Positions 17,675 to 27,527 of a DNA stretch of 64,000 bases are shown here, piece by piece. A program made the translations under genes and the position numbers. The notes below the pieces were generated by a model, which worked only from the letters and a program-made list of their open reading frames with translations, ran no database searches and was not told the DNA's origin. Where the stretch lies: assembly GCA_038064195.1 (NCBI GenBank), contig JBBTTO010000003.1, forward strand, positions 114,428 through 178,427. The letters are read 5' to 3'. Every line of letters begins with the position of its first letter. Position 1 is the first letter of the stretch. The DNA is from Patescibacteria group bacterium (GTDB lineage Bacteria > Patescibacteriota > Microgenomatia > Levybacterales > UBA12049).

Positions 17675-18589
17675 ATGCGTAACGTAACACTTGAAGAATT
17701 ATTGGAGGCCGGTGCTCATTTCGGGCATCAGGTAACTCGCCAAAACCCCAAAGCTCGGGACTATGTCTTTGAAGCTCGCGACAATATCCATATTATTGAT
17801 TTAGCCAAGACCAAAGAAGGCTTAGACGAAGCCGCTGCTTTTGTTAAGTCACTGGCTGCTAAAGGTGGAACTATGATTGTTCTTGGTGCTAAGCGTCAGG
17901 CAGAGCCGGTCGTTCGCGAACAAGCCAAAAGAGTTCAGGAAGCAGGTATCGACGGATTGTATTTTGTCAGCAATCGCTGGATCGGCGGCATACTCACCAA
18001 TTTTCCGGAGGTCAGTAAGAACTTCAAACGCCTCAAGGATCTGGGTAAATTTATGGATACTCCCTCTGAAAAGGCCCGTTTTACCAAAAAGGAAGTTTCG
18101 CTCATGGAAAAATCTCGTCAAAAGCTAGATAGTTTTTATTGGGGGGTGGCTGACATGACTCATATTCCTGATGCTGTTTTTATCATTGATACTCATTTGG
18201 AAGATTTGGCAGTCCGTGAAGCTATCGCGACTAAAGTCAAAACAGTCGGTATCACCGATACGAATGCCGACCCGACGATTATTGATTATCCGATCCCGGC
18301 TAACGATGATGCTGTGGGATCTGTACAGTTGATAGTTGCGCATATCATTGATGCGTGGATTGAAGGTCGTTCTGCACAGCAGAATGCAGAAGGCGGAGAG
18401 GTAAAGGGGACAAAAGAGACAAAAGCTCCAGTAAAAAAGGATAAAGAGGCTGAGAAGATCGTCGAAGCTGCCGAAAATGTCGATGACAAAATGGAAAAAA
18501 CAGTTGAAGCGGAAAAAGATCTGAAAGCGGTTGAAACTCCAGGCAAGGCTCCGGTGAAAAAAACTACCAAGAAAGCAAAAGCAGCATAG
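17675..18589 (+). CDS. rpsB: 30S ribosomal protein S2 with Lys/Ala-rich C-terminal extension
   Basis: LLEAGAHFGHQ...signature; conserved order rpsB-tsf. Confidence 0.95.
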   Translation: MRNVTLEELLEAGAHFGHQVTRQNPKARDYVFEARDNIHIIDLAKTKEGLDEAAAFVKSLAAKGGTMIVLGAKRQAEPVVREQAKRVQEAGIDGLYFVSNRWIGGILTNFPEVSKNFKRLKDLGKFMDTPSEKARFTKKEVSLMEKSRQKLDSFYWGVADMTHIPDAVFIIDTHLEDLAVREAIATKVKTVGITDTNADPTIIDYPIPANDDAVGSVQLIVAHIIDAWIEGRSAQQNAEGGEVKGTKETKAPVKKDKEAEKIVEAAENVDDKMEKTVEAEKDLKAVETPGKAPVKKTTKKAKAA

Positions 18590-18614
18590 CGCTAAGCGCT
18601 TTGCTCAAAGCGAG
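18585..18614. repeat. GCGC-family palindromic repeat at rpsB/tsf junction
   Basis: CATAGCGCTAAGCGCTTTGCTCAAAGCGAG; overlaps the rpsB stop. Confidence 0.6.
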
Positions 18615-18621
18615 AACAAAT

Positions 18622-19077
18622 ATGGCCAACGCAGATATCGCATTACTCAAAAAACTCCGCAGTGAAACTTCAGCAAGTATCTCTGATTGTCGAAATGCTT
18701 TAGAGGAGACGGACAATGACTATAAAAAAGCCGTTGAATGGCTTAAAAAGCGTGGTCTTGAGAAAGCTGCCAAAAAATCAGATCGTGAGACTAGTCAGGG
18801 TTTGGTTGAAGCATACATCCATAATGGCGGTAAAGTCGGAGCGCTTGTCGTCCTTCTTTGTGAAACTGACTTTGTTGCTCGCACAGATGAATTCAAAAAT
18901 CTGGCTCGCGAGATCGGCATGCAGGCCAGTGCCATGAATCCTGAAAGTGTCGAAGCACTCCTCAAACAGGAATATATCCGCGACGCTTCCCAAACGGTTG
19001 AGGATCTTATTAAAAATGTCATCGGCAAGCTTGGCGAAAATATTACGCTCAAGGAGTTCAAGAGATTCTCGATCTAG
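18622..19077 (+). CDS. tsf: elongation factor Ts, short form
   Basis: UBA-like N-terminus LLKKLRSETSASISDCRNAL; the start is taken at the ATG at 18622 (the listed ORF start at 18601 lies inside a dispersed repeat). Confidence 0.85.
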   Translation: MANADIALLKKLRSETSASISDCRNALEETDNDYKKAVEWLKKRGLEKAAKKSDRETSQGLVEAYIHNGGKVGALVVLLCETDFVARTDEFKNLAREIGMQASAMNPESVEALLKQEYIRDASQTVEDLIKNVIGKLGENITLKEFKRFSI

Positions 19078-19115
19078 ATTGTTGCATCAATTTATTATTA
19101 GCGTATAATTGACCC

Positions 19116-19673
19116 ATGGATAGCTTAGAAAACCTCAGACAGCAGATTCAAAAAGTCCTGGATCTTATCAAAAACGATATCAGTTCCATCCGTACAGGCA
19201 GAGCAGCGCCCAGTCTTATTGAAAATATCTCAATTGTGACATATGGTGGTTCGACAAAGCTTCGAGTACTCGAGCTTGCGACAATCGCTGCAACTGACCC
19301 TCAGACTCTGGTTATTACTCCCTTTGATCAAAGTACAAGAGAGGATATCAGAAAAGGGATTGTTGATGCGGGAACTGGTCTTAATCCAACAGATGATGGT
19401 CATATCCTGCGTATCACCATCCCGCCACTTTCCACTGAGCGTCGTGAAGAACTCATCAAGATGATGAATCACAAATTAGAAAACGGGAGAGTTATGATCA
19501 GACAAGCCAGACATGAGGCTATGAATGATATCAAAAAACAAGCTGAAAGTGATGGGTTATCTGAGGATGATCAGAGTAGGCTTGAGAAAGAAGCGCAAAA
19601 AATAGTTGATGAAAGCATTGCGACCATCGACGGCATGGGCAAGCAAAAAGAAGCAGAACTTTTGGCTATGTAG
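19116..19673 (+). CDS. frr: ribosome recycling factor
   Basis: Full-length RRF (185 aa) with the typical coiled-coil. Confidence 0.9.
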   Translation: MDSLENLRQQIQKVLDLIKNDISSIRTGRAAPSLIENISIVTYGGSTKLRVLELATIAATDPQTLVITPFDQSTREDIRKGIVDAGTGLNPTDDGHILRITIPPLSTERREELIKMMNHKLENGRVMIRQARHEAMNDIKKQAESDGLSEDDQSRLEKEAQKIVDESIATIDGMGKQKEAELLAM

Positions 19674-19690
19674 CCAAAAGTTCTCGGAAG

Positions 19691-19714
19691 GCGCGTAGCG
19701 GTTAGCGCAAAGCG
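19691..19714. repeat. GCGC-family repeat 5' of frameshifted four-helix-bundle gene
   Basis: GCGCGTAGCGGTTAGCGCAAAGCG. Confidence 0.55.
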
Positions 19715-19715
19715 T

Positions 19716-20077
19716 ATGGCATTTCGATTTGAAGAATTAGAAATATGGCAACTAGCAATAGCCTATACAAATAGCATTTATCTAATTTGTAAAACATTCC
19801 CCAAAGAAGAACTTTTTTCCTTACAGGACCAACTGAAAAGATGTGCTGCTTCTATTGCCGCCAATATTGCCGAAGGATCTGGCGCCAGCTCGAGAAAGAC
19901 TTTTGTCATTACCTTGATATTTCAATTAAGTCAGTCTACGAATCCGTTTCTCATTTGTATATTGCTAAACAACAAGGTTACATCAATGAAGAACAATTAG
20001 CAAAACTTTATGAAGATGCCGATAAGCTCTCTCGTAAGATACGTTCATTTAAGGCTTCCTTATTAAGGAACGCTTAG
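19716..20077 (+). pseudogene. four-helix-bundle (IVS-family) gene interrupted by a frameshift
   Basis: 19716-19910 encodes ...IAANIAEGSGASSRK. The family sequence continues in the next frame (DFCHYLDISIKS...LAKLYEDADKLSRKIRSF, 19841-20077). The shift lies around 19893-19900 (AGAAAGACTTTTG). Confidence 0.6.
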
Positions 20078-20103
20078 CGCTATGCCCTTTGCGCTTGGCG
20101 AGC
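20071..20103. repeat. GCGC-family repeat 3' of frameshifted four-helix-bundle gene
   Basis: CGCTTAGCGCTATGCCCTTTGCGCTTGGCGAGC. Confidence 0.55.
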
Positions 20104-20124
20104 TAGGTGTTATAATGATCCCTC

Positions 20125-21306
20125 ATGCTACTTACCGCGCTTGTTTTTTTACTCATCCTTTCGGTTCTGGTCCTCATTCATGAACTCGGGCATTTCTTAG
20201 TTGCCAAAAAATTAAATATCAAAGTTGAGGAGTTCGGTTTTGGTCTGCCGCCGCGTGTTTTTGGTATCAAACGGGGAGAGACAATCTATTCAATTAACTG
20301 GCTGCCGATTGGTGGCTTTGTCAAATTATACGGAGAAGATGACGCAGGCGCAGGTAAGGTTAGCGCAAAGCGCATAGCGCAAAGCGAGAAACCGAAAGCT
20401 CTTGCGAGAGCTTTCTATGCCAGGCCGGTCGGTCAGCGGGCAGCAGTAGTTGTCGCCGGTGTGGTCATGAATACACTGTTGGCTATTGTGATTTTTTACA
20501 TTTTTATGGGGGTCTCAGGTTTTCGAGCACAGCTGCCTCTTCTAAAAGACCATATATTTTACTTTGCGAATACAAGTATTAAGACTGATATTTTGATAAG
20601 TCAAGTTCAAAAAGATTCTCCTGCAGCTAAAATAGGTCTTCCTCAATATGCACAAATCGTGTCGTTAAATACTATCAAGCCCAGTACTCCTGAAGAATTC
20701 ACTTCAATCATTAAGAAAAGTCAGGGGAAGGAGCTTAGTATTACCTGGATTGATCCGAACACCCATAAAAAAACGACCAAGTCCGCAGTCCCGCGTGTCA
20801 ATCCGCCAAAGGGTCAAGGGGCTTTGGGGGTGAGCCTTTTTGGGGCAAGATCAGCCATACTGAATTATGAGACGCCAGTCCAAAAAGTTTTCTCTGGTAT
20901 CACTCATCCGATCAATCTCCTGCTGTACAATTTTGATTTGATCGGCAGTTTGATCAAGTCAGCAGTTAGGGATCATAACGCAACGGCTTTAGGTGAGGGA
21001 GTGGCAGGGCCGGTCGGGATCTATTCACTTGTCGGGACCATCGTACAGATCCCTAATATCAAAGAACGAACGCTCGAGCTTTTGAATTTGGCGGGAATTT
21101 TGTCTATTTCGTTGGCTTTCTTTAATGTCCTACCAATCCCGGCACTCGATGGGGGAAGACTCTTCTTTATCCTCATCGAAGGAGTCACCAGACGAAAAGT
21201 AAATCCCAAATATGAAACTTTAGCCCACACCATCGGTATGGCAGTTTTACTGCTGCTTATTGTGCTGATTACCTTTAAAGACATTTTTCAATTTGTGATT
21301 AAATAA
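20125..21306 (+). CDS. rseP: RIP metalloprotease RseP (site-2 protease, M50)
   Basis: HELGHF zinc motif, PDZ region, C-terminal LDGG. Confidence 0.85.
   Translation: MLLTALVFLLILSVLVLIHELGHFLVAKKLNIKVEEFGFGLPPRVFGIKRGETIYSINWLPIGGFVKLYGEDDAGAGKVSAKRIAQSEKPKALARAFYARPVGQRAAVVVAGVVMNTLLAIVIFYIFMGVSGFRAQLPLLKDHIFYFANTSIKTDILISQVQKDSPAAKIGLPQYAQIVSLNTIKPSTPEEFTSIIKKSQGKELSITWIDPNTHKKTTKSAVPRVNPPKGQGALGVSLFGARSAILNYETPVQKVFSGITHPINLLLYNFDLIGSLIKSAVRDHNATALGEGVAGPVGIYSLVGTIVQIPNIKERTLELLNLAGILSISLAFFNVLPIPALDGGRLFFILIEGVTRRKVNPKYETLAHTIGMAVLLLLIVLITFKDIFQFVIK
20358..20388. repeat. GCGC-family repeat inserted in-frame in rseP
   Basis: GGTTAGCGCAAAGCGCATAGCGCAAAGCGAG encodes VSAKRIAQSEK. Confidence 0.65.
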
Positions 21307-21419
21307 TTACGTCATCCTGGCTTGTCCAGGATCGATTCTGGATGCGTTCGCTTTGCTCCTTACCAGAATGACGTCCCTCTGGACTTGTATTTTATTTAGG
21401 ATCGTCTTATACTTCAGTT

Positions 21420-22565
21420 ATGACTAAGCCAAGAGTAACCTTACCCGGTCCGATTGCGCTTGTAAAAGAGTCATGGGTCATCTATAAAAAAAGCTTTTGG
21501 AATATAATCGGTGTTGGTCTCCTCGCAATTCTTACCGTCCTTGGGTATATTGTCCTCGGTGGACTCGGCGGCGGCTTAATGGCTGTCATTTTTGCCAATC
21601 ACTTCAATATTTTCTCTTATCTTTTTATAGGGATTGTCGGGGTTTTGTATTTACTCGGTTTTTTTGCAGTCATAGCCTGGGCACAGGCAGCTTTTGTGGT
21701 CGTCATCCGTGACTCTGGAAAAAAGACAGGGAGCAGACTGGCTTTTAAAAATGCCCGTCAGTATGCAATTCCTTTAGTCATGACATCTCTTTTGTCGATG
21801 GTCCTCGTTTTCGGCGGAGTATTGCTTTTTATTATTCCCGGGATACTTTTAGGTATTTGGTTTAGCTATAGTATCTATGCGATTGTCTGTGAAGATAAGA
21901 AAGGCTTGTTAGCCCTTCATTCAAGTCGGGAGTATTTCAGAGGAAAATTTTGGAAGATCATAGGGAGAGAGATTGCAGTACGCTTGCCCGAAATCATCCT
22001 GAGCATGTTTATAACATCTCTGGTCACCCAACATGTACTCCCGGGATCGGTTCAAGGACTATATCAACTGCTATCCCTACTGGCTGCGCCTTTTTATATT
22101 ATTTATTCGTATCTTCTTTACACCAAAGTTCGCGAGGCGACCGGGTCCGTTGCAACGGTACCGGGGGGAAATAAAAAAGTTTACCTGGGTATCCCGGCCG
22201 TAGGGTATGTCCTTGTTGTTATAGCTGCTATTTACACCGGGCCGATGATCATGAAATTGGCCTCCCAGACACCTGAGATACTCCCGGCGATGATGGGCAA
22301 GTCGTTGACCAACGACCAGGTACTTCCAAGTACTGCCATAGTTTATGGCTTGGTCAGCTACTACCTAACCAACAAACATTATCCTTCCAGTCTTGAGAGT
22401 ATTGTAGATAAAAGCTTTTTACCGAAGGTTCCTAATGATCCCAAGACTGGCCTACCGTATCGTTATACGGTGCTTGAGGCCGGTCAGGACTTCAAGCTAT
22501 GCACCCCTCAAGGAGAGAAGCCTGAAAAATGTGTTACCTCCAAATCGTCTCAATTTGACCTCTAA
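21420..22565 (+). CDS. polytopic membrane protein of unknown function
   Basis: Six or more hydrophobic helices; hydrophilic C-terminal domain. Confidence 0.5.
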   Translation: MTKPRVTLPGPIALVKESWVIYKKSFWNIIGVGLLAILTVLGYIVLGGLGGGLMAVIFANHFNIFSYLFIGIVGVLYLLGFFAVIAWAQAAFVVVIRDSGKKTGSRLAFKNARQYAIPLVMTSLLSMVLVFGGVLLFIIPGILLGIWFSYSIYAIVCEDKKGLLALHSSREYFRGKFWKIIGREIAVRLPEIILSMFITSLVTQHVLPGSVQGLYQLLSLLAAPFYIIYSYLLYTKVREATGSVATVPGGNKKVYLGIPAVGYVLVVIAAIYTGPMIMKLASQTPEILPAMMGKSLTNDQVLPSTAIVYGLVSYYLTNKHYPSSLESIVDKSFLPKVPNDPKTGLPYRYTVLEAGQDFKLCTPQGEKPEKCVTSKSSQFDL

Positions 22566-22666
22566 ATAACCGCTGAAAAACACGGAACCAAAGTTTGGAC
22601 ACACTGAACAACGCAGAAGCGCCTCTAGAGTAATTGTTCAGAATGTGGTATACATAATGCTACTTC

Positions 22667-23449
22667 ATGATAGACCTAGGACAAATCCTCAGGGACAAAC
22701 AATTTGTGATCTATCAGCAGCACGGGCTCCATGTCGCCAAGGTAGATACTATGTATGAGGGTTTTCGCATCGCCCGTGAAACTCTCTATTCTATAGTCGA
22801 CAAAACAACCGTTCTTTATTTATCAGGCGGTAGGACCCCAAAAGACCTCTACGAAAATTTAGCCAACGATAGAAAAATCCTTCCGGGAGCAGTCGCACTC
22901 GTTGATGAGCGGTATGGTCCCAAAGGACATGTCAATAGTAATGAGAAGATGATAACAGAAAGTGGTTTTATGCCCTATTTGGCTGGGGCTGGAGTTCCAT
23001 TTTATCCGGTTTTACAAGATAACAAACCTGGGATTGAGGAAATGGCTGATAACTACGATATGACAGTACGCTATCTTTTTGCGGGATTTCCCAAGAGTGT
23101 TGCTACACTTGGGATCGGGATGGATGGACACACGGCAGGTATTGCCGGGAATCGCCCTGATGTAGTAGGCACTCCCGGCTTTCACAATCCGATGTTTGAT
23201 CCGGAGCAAAAAAATCTTTTAGTTTCACATTTCTCTGACATGCAGGGGATGTTCAAAGAAAGAATTTCTCTGACCTTCCTCGGCCTATCGATGATTGATG
23301 TCCTGATCGTGATGGTTTTCGGCAATGATAAAAGAGAGACTTTAGAAAAAGTTTTTACAGAGGGTAGTGAAGAGGATGTCCCGGCTAGATTCCTTAAGCG
23401 CCCCGATATTGCTAAACGGACACTTCTTATAACAGACCAGAAAGTTTAG
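22667..23449 (+). CDS. pgl: 6-phosphogluconolactonase
   Basis: LSGGRTP, VDERYGP, GIGMDGHTAGI motifs of the DevB/NagB family. Confidence 0.75.
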   Translation: MIDLGQILRDKQFVIYQQHGLHVAKVDTMYEGFRIARETLYSIVDKTTVLYLSGGRTPKDLYENLANDRKILPGAVALVDERYGPKGHVNSNEKMITESGFMPYLAGAGVPFYPVLQDNKPGIEEMADNYDMTVRYLFAGFPKSVATLGIGMDGHTAGIAGNRPDVVGTPGFHNPMFDPEQKNLLVSHFSDMQGMFKERISLTFLGLSMIDVLIVMVFGNDKRETLEKVFTEGSEEDVPARFLKRPDIAKRTLLITDQKV

Positions 23450-23545
23450 TCACGAATGGATACGAATTATTACTACGAATGAGTCCAAATATTCGGGATT
23501 ATTCAGACTAAACATCCGGATTCATTAGTGATTTAATTAAGTATT

Positions 23546-24973
23546 ATGACTTCTCCTTTTGCTTTAGTTATCTTCGGCGCCACAGGAGATTTGATGCGGG
23601 CTAAATTAATGCCTTCGCTTTTTTCTCTTTTCAAACAAGGTCTTCTCCCAGAGGATTTTTTTATTTTCGGTTTTTCCAGACGCGAGATTTCGGATCAGGA
23701 ATTTTATGCATTATTCCCGAAATTAGCTCAAGACGCAGCCTGGGCTGATTTTATCCGTCATGTTCAGTATCAACAGGGTAACTTTGAAGACGAAAAGGGA
23801 TATAAAGAGTTGATCAGTAAATTAACGCAACTTGATGAAAAGATGGGAGCGTGTATCACCCGTCTTTTTTACTTAGCGACACCACCTGATAATTATGAAC
23901 AAATTCTGGACAATCTTGATAAGACTAAATTGGCTGAAGGTTGCGGACAAGGAAGTAATAAATGGACACGGATTATTTTAGAAAAACCTTTCGGTCGCGA
24001 TCTGGAGACAGCCCAGCATTTAGATCAGAAATTAGCAACGATATTTGAAGAGCGTCAGATTTTCAGGGTAGATCATTATTTAGGTAAAGAAAATGTACAG
24101 AACATGCTGGCTTTTCGATTTGCCAACGGCATTTTTGAGCCTGTTTGGAATAATAAATACATCGATCATATCCAGGTCACCATTAGTGAAAAAAACGGTA
24201 TCGGAACGAGGGGGAAATTTTATGACGGTGTAGGAAATCTGCGGGATGTAGCCCAAAATCATTTACTGCAGCTTGTTGCAGCAGTGGCCATGGAGCAACC
24301 AAAATCTTTTATGAAAGAAGATGTGAGAGATGCTCGAGCGAGCGCAATCCAGGCAATTGAGTGTATCGAGTCTGATAGTGTACCTGAGAAAGTTATAAGG
24401 GGACAGTATAAAAGTTATCTCTCAGAGAGTAATGTCAGTCCTTCGTCTCAAACAGAAACATTTGTCGCGATGAAATTTTCGATGGATAGTGAGCGCATGA
24501 AAGGGATCCCTATCTATGTCCGGGTAGGCAAGAAAATGGAGAAAGACGTGGTCGAAATTTCGATAGTCTTTATCCAGACCTGTCATATTTTATTTAAAGA
24601 ATACGGCTGCCCTGAGATCGGCAACGTTATCACGATCCGCATTCAACCTGACGAAGGAATAAAAATGCGTTTTATTACTAAGAAGCCCGGGACTAAGCTG
24701 GCATTAGAACCAGTCGAAATGAAATTTACTTATCAAGACCATTTTGGTAAGAAAGGACCTGATGCATATGAAAAAGTGTTACTTGATATTATGAGTGGGG
24801 AACAAATGCTTTTTAATCGTACCGATGAACTCATGAGTTCATGGGAGTTTATTACCAATATCTTAGAGGGATGGAAAAAGAATAATCCTCCCTTATATAT
24901 TTATGAAGACGGATCAGAGGGGCCAAAAGAAGCAAAGGAATTGATCGAAAAAGACGGGAGGCATTGGCTCTGA
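23546..24973 (+). CDS. zwf: glucose-6-phosphate 1-dehydrogenase
   Basis: GATGDL, RVDHYLGKE, EKPFG motifs. Confidence 0.9.
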   Translation: MTSPFALVIFGATGDLMRAKLMPSLFSLFKQGLLPEDFFIFGFSRREISDQEFYALFPKLAQDAAWADFIRHVQYQQGNFEDEKGYKELISKLTQLDEKMGACITRLFYLATPPDNYEQILDNLDKTKLAEGCGQGSNKWTRIILEKPFGRDLETAQHLDQKLATIFEERQIFRVDHYLGKENVQNMLAFRFANGIFEPVWNNKYIDHIQVTISEKNGIGTRGKFYDGVGNLRDVAQNHLLQLVAAVAMEQPKSFMKEDVRDARASAIQAIECIESDSVPEKVIRGQYKSYLSESNVSPSSQTETFVAMKFSMDSERMKGIPIYVRVGKKMEKDVVEISIVFIQTCHILFKEYGCPEIGNVITIRIQPDEGIKMRFITKKPGTKLALEPVEMKFTYQDHFGKKGPDAYEKVLLDIMSGEQMLFNRTDELMSSWEFITNILEGWKKNNPPLYIYEDGSEGPKEAKELIEKDGRHWL

Positions 24974-24977
24974 CTCT

Positions 24978-25685
24978 ATGAATTCAAAAAGAATTGCTAT
25001 AACCGGTGCACATGGTGTGATAGGAGCTTTTTTAGTTGCAGAGCTATCTCATCATGGTTATGAGATAACCCAGCTCGTACGAGCTTCAACTGATATCAAT
25101 AATTATGATGGGCTCGTGCAGGCATTAGCCGGGCATGCTGCTGTCATCCATCTTGCCTGGAATAGCCGAGCAGAGGATGTACATAGCGGACAAGCTGATC
25201 AAGACAATACCCGGATGTTTTCAAATGTTTATCGCGCAGCTTTAGAAGCGAAAGTTAAACGTGTAATTATGGCAAGCTCAGTGCATGCTCATGGATTTTA
25301 TAATGTAACCCCCGATAATCTTATCCATCCCTATGATTTGCCTACACCTGATAGTCCCTATGGAGCGAGCAAAGTGCATATGGAGGCGCTCGGAAGATTT
25401 TATGCTACAGAAGGGTTGGAAGTCATCTGTATTAGGTTTGGCGCATTCGGAAAACAAAATATCCCACCTGTCGTTACTAGACGCAACAATCCGATTGAGA
25501 AAATCAAAAGAGCTGTATGGTTAAGTCGTGACGATTGTGTCGGGCTTGTTCGAAAATGTCTTGAAGCCCCATCACTACCTAACAATTATGAACTGCTGTA
25601 TGGTATCTCCAACAATTCCGGTCGAGTTCATGATATAACTAATCATATCGGCTGGGTACCTCACGATGACGCGAATGAATTTTAA
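24978..25685 (+). CDS. NAD(P)-dependent epimerase/dehydratase-family protein
   Basis: ITGAHGVIG Rossmann motif; lies in the zwf-gnd operon. Confidence 0.6.
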   Translation: MNSKRIAITGAHGVIGAFLVAELSHHGYEITQLVRASTDINNYDGLVQALAGHAAVIHLAWNSRAEDVHSGQADQDNTRMFSNVYRAALEAKVKRVIMASSVHAHGFYNVTPDNLIHPYDLPTPDSPYGASKVHMEALGRFYATEGLEVICIRFGAFGKQNIPPVVTRRNNPIEKIKRAVWLSRDDCVGLVRKCLEAPSLPNNYELLYGISNNSGRVHDITNHIGWVPHDDANEF

Positions 25686-25690
25686 GTAAT

Positions 25691-26656
25691 ATGCAAATAG
25701 GATTTATCGGACTTGGCAAAATGGGCACTCGGATGGTATTTAAGCTTCTTGAAGGGGGACATGAGGTTGTGGTTTGGAATAGATCAACGGAGCCGATAAA
25801 AGATTTAGAATTTAGAATTCAGGATTCAGAATCGGAGAAATATTTTAAGACTGCTAATACAATTAAGGATTTGATTTCTCAATTAGATAAGCCTCGAATT
25901 ATTTGGTCTATGCTGCCGGCAGGAGGGGTGACTGAGTCGGCTCTTAAAGAAATTGCAAATTATGTTGAAAAGGGAGATATCGTCGTCGACGGGGGCAATG
26001 CGTTTTATAAAGACACGCAAAGACGTAGCGAAGAGCTTAGCGCAAAGGGCATAGCGTTTTTAGGTATAGGAGTTAGCGGTGGAATCAAGGCTGTCGATAA
26101 AGGATATCCCTTGATGGTAGGGGGAGACAAGTCGGCATTTGAGGAAATAAAACCGATCCTTGAAACGCTTATTAAGCCGGACGGGCCAGCCTCGACTAGC
26201 GCGAGTCTAGGCGGGGGGTATGAGTATTTTGGGACAGGCGGAGCCGGGCATTTCGTAAAAATGGTCCATAACGGTATCGAGTACGGCATGATGCAAGCAA
26301 TTGGTGAAGGATATGGCGTCCTTGAGAAAGCGCCATATGAAATAGATCTGGTAAAAGTCAGTCAGCTCTGGCAAAAAAATACGATAGTCACGAGTTATCT
26401 TAATGAGTGTGCGAAAGATGCATTGGAGAAAGACCCGACTCTGTCAGGTCTTGACGGTGTCATCGATGCCACCGGGGAAGCAGAGTGGACGGTCAACCAA
26501 GCCCGCGAAGAAGGAGTCTATGCTGAGAATATCGACCAGTCACTTGATTTTCGCAGGCGTTCAAAAACTGATAAAAATGTTAGCTCTTCTTTTGCTGCGC
26601 GGATGGTCGCAGCTCTGCGCCGCGAATTCGGCGGCCACGCCGTGAAGAAAAAATAA
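25691..26656 (+). CDS. gnd: 6-phosphogluconate dehydrogenase (short, decarboxylating-type/YqeC-like)
   Basis: IGLGKMG...VWNRS NAD-binding N-terminus and 6PGD C-domain; carries two in-frame repeat insertions. Confidence 0.8.
   Translation: MQIGFIGLGKMGTRMVFKLLEGGHEVVVWNRSTEPIKDLEFRIQDSESEKYFKTANTIKDLISQLDKPRIIWSMLPAGGVTESALKEIANYVEKGDIVVDGGNAFYKDTQRRSEELSAKGIAFLGIGVSGGIKAVDKGYPLMVGGDKSAFEEIKPILETLIKPDGPASTSASLGGGYEYFGTGGAGHFVKMVHNGIEYGMMQAIGEGYGVLEKAPYEIDLVKVSQLWQKNTIVTSYLNECAKDALEKDPTLSGLDGVIDATGEAEWTVNQAREEGVYAENIDQSLDFRRRSKTDKNVSSSFAARMVAALRREFGGHAVKKK
25801..25834. repeat. AGAATT-type repeat inserted in-frame in gnd
   Basis: AGATTTAGAATTTAGAATTCAGGATTCAGAATCG encodes KDLEFRIQDSES in an otherwise conserved region. 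Confidence 0.6.
26022..26056. repeat. GCGCTAAGCGC-family palindromic repeat inserted in-frame in gnd
   Basis: GACGTAGCGAAGAGCTTAGCGCAAAGGGCATAGCG. Confidence 0.6.
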
Positions 26657-26685
26657 GGATAACATGCCACAATTAGTGGGGGAAT

Positions 26686-27483
26686 ATGGATATGTATAAA
26701 GTAATAATTTCTGACTTTGATGGTACTCTTGTAGGAGTAAATTATAAACTGTCCAAAAAGCTCAAGCATGCAGTTAGTGAATGGTTACGCGCGGGTAAGT
26801 TTTTTTCAGTTGCAACAGGGAAAGCATTCGTTCCAATGTTAACAAACGCCTTAGAAGAGCTGAATATAACATCGCCGATTATCATTAACGGAGGTGCCGA
26901 GATAATTAGTTGGAGATCAAAGGAGATCTTATTTTCTGCATATATAACTCCTGATATTGCGCAAGCGATTTGTAATCTGTTAACTCAACATAACTATCCT
27001 TTTGTCGTGGTTAAGACCGATAAAGTATATTCGTTTTCTAAGGAGAATGACCTGCATAAAGAAGATATTAGCTTTAGAGATTTATCTAAACTAGCTAATT
27101 ATCACAATATTTCTAAGATTAGAATAACCACTACAGATTTGCAAGAAGATATAGTAGAAAATTTTGTTAAGCAGGAAATAACAGATGTATATCCGACAAT
27201 TAACGTAGTCCGAGGTTATACTCCTTCATCAAAGGGTTATGATATAACGTCAGTGAACGCGACGAAGCAATTAGCTATGATTAAACTCTTTGAGTTATTA
27301 AAAATTGATCGCAGTGAAGTAATTGGAATTGGAGACGGATTCAATGATTATTCTTTGTTAACCGCGTGTGGATATAAGGTGGCGTTGGAGAATGCACCAG
27401 AAGATTTGAAGTCGATAGCGGACTATATAGCACCTTCTGCTGATAAGGACGGTGTAGCAGATGTTATTTACAAGCATATTTGA
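26686..27483 (+). CDS. Cof-type HAD phosphatase
   Basis: DFDGTL, GDGFND motifs. Confidence 0.75.
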   Translation: MDMYKVIISDFDGTLVGVNYKLSKKLKHAVSEWLRAGKFFSVATGKAFVPMLTNALEELNITSPIIINGGAEIISWRSKEILFSAYITPDIAQAICNLLTQHNYPFVVVKTDKVYSFSKENDLHKEDISFRDLSKLANYHNISKIRITTTDLQEDIVENFVKQEITDVYPTINVVRGYTPSSKGYDITSVNATKQLAMIKLFELLKIDRSEVIGIGDGFNDYSLLTACGYKVALENAPEDLKSIADYIAPSADKDGVADVIYKHI

Positions 27484-27527
27484 GTAGCTAGGCAGTAAGA
27501 TGTTCTAGTGCTATACTAGGTACGATT

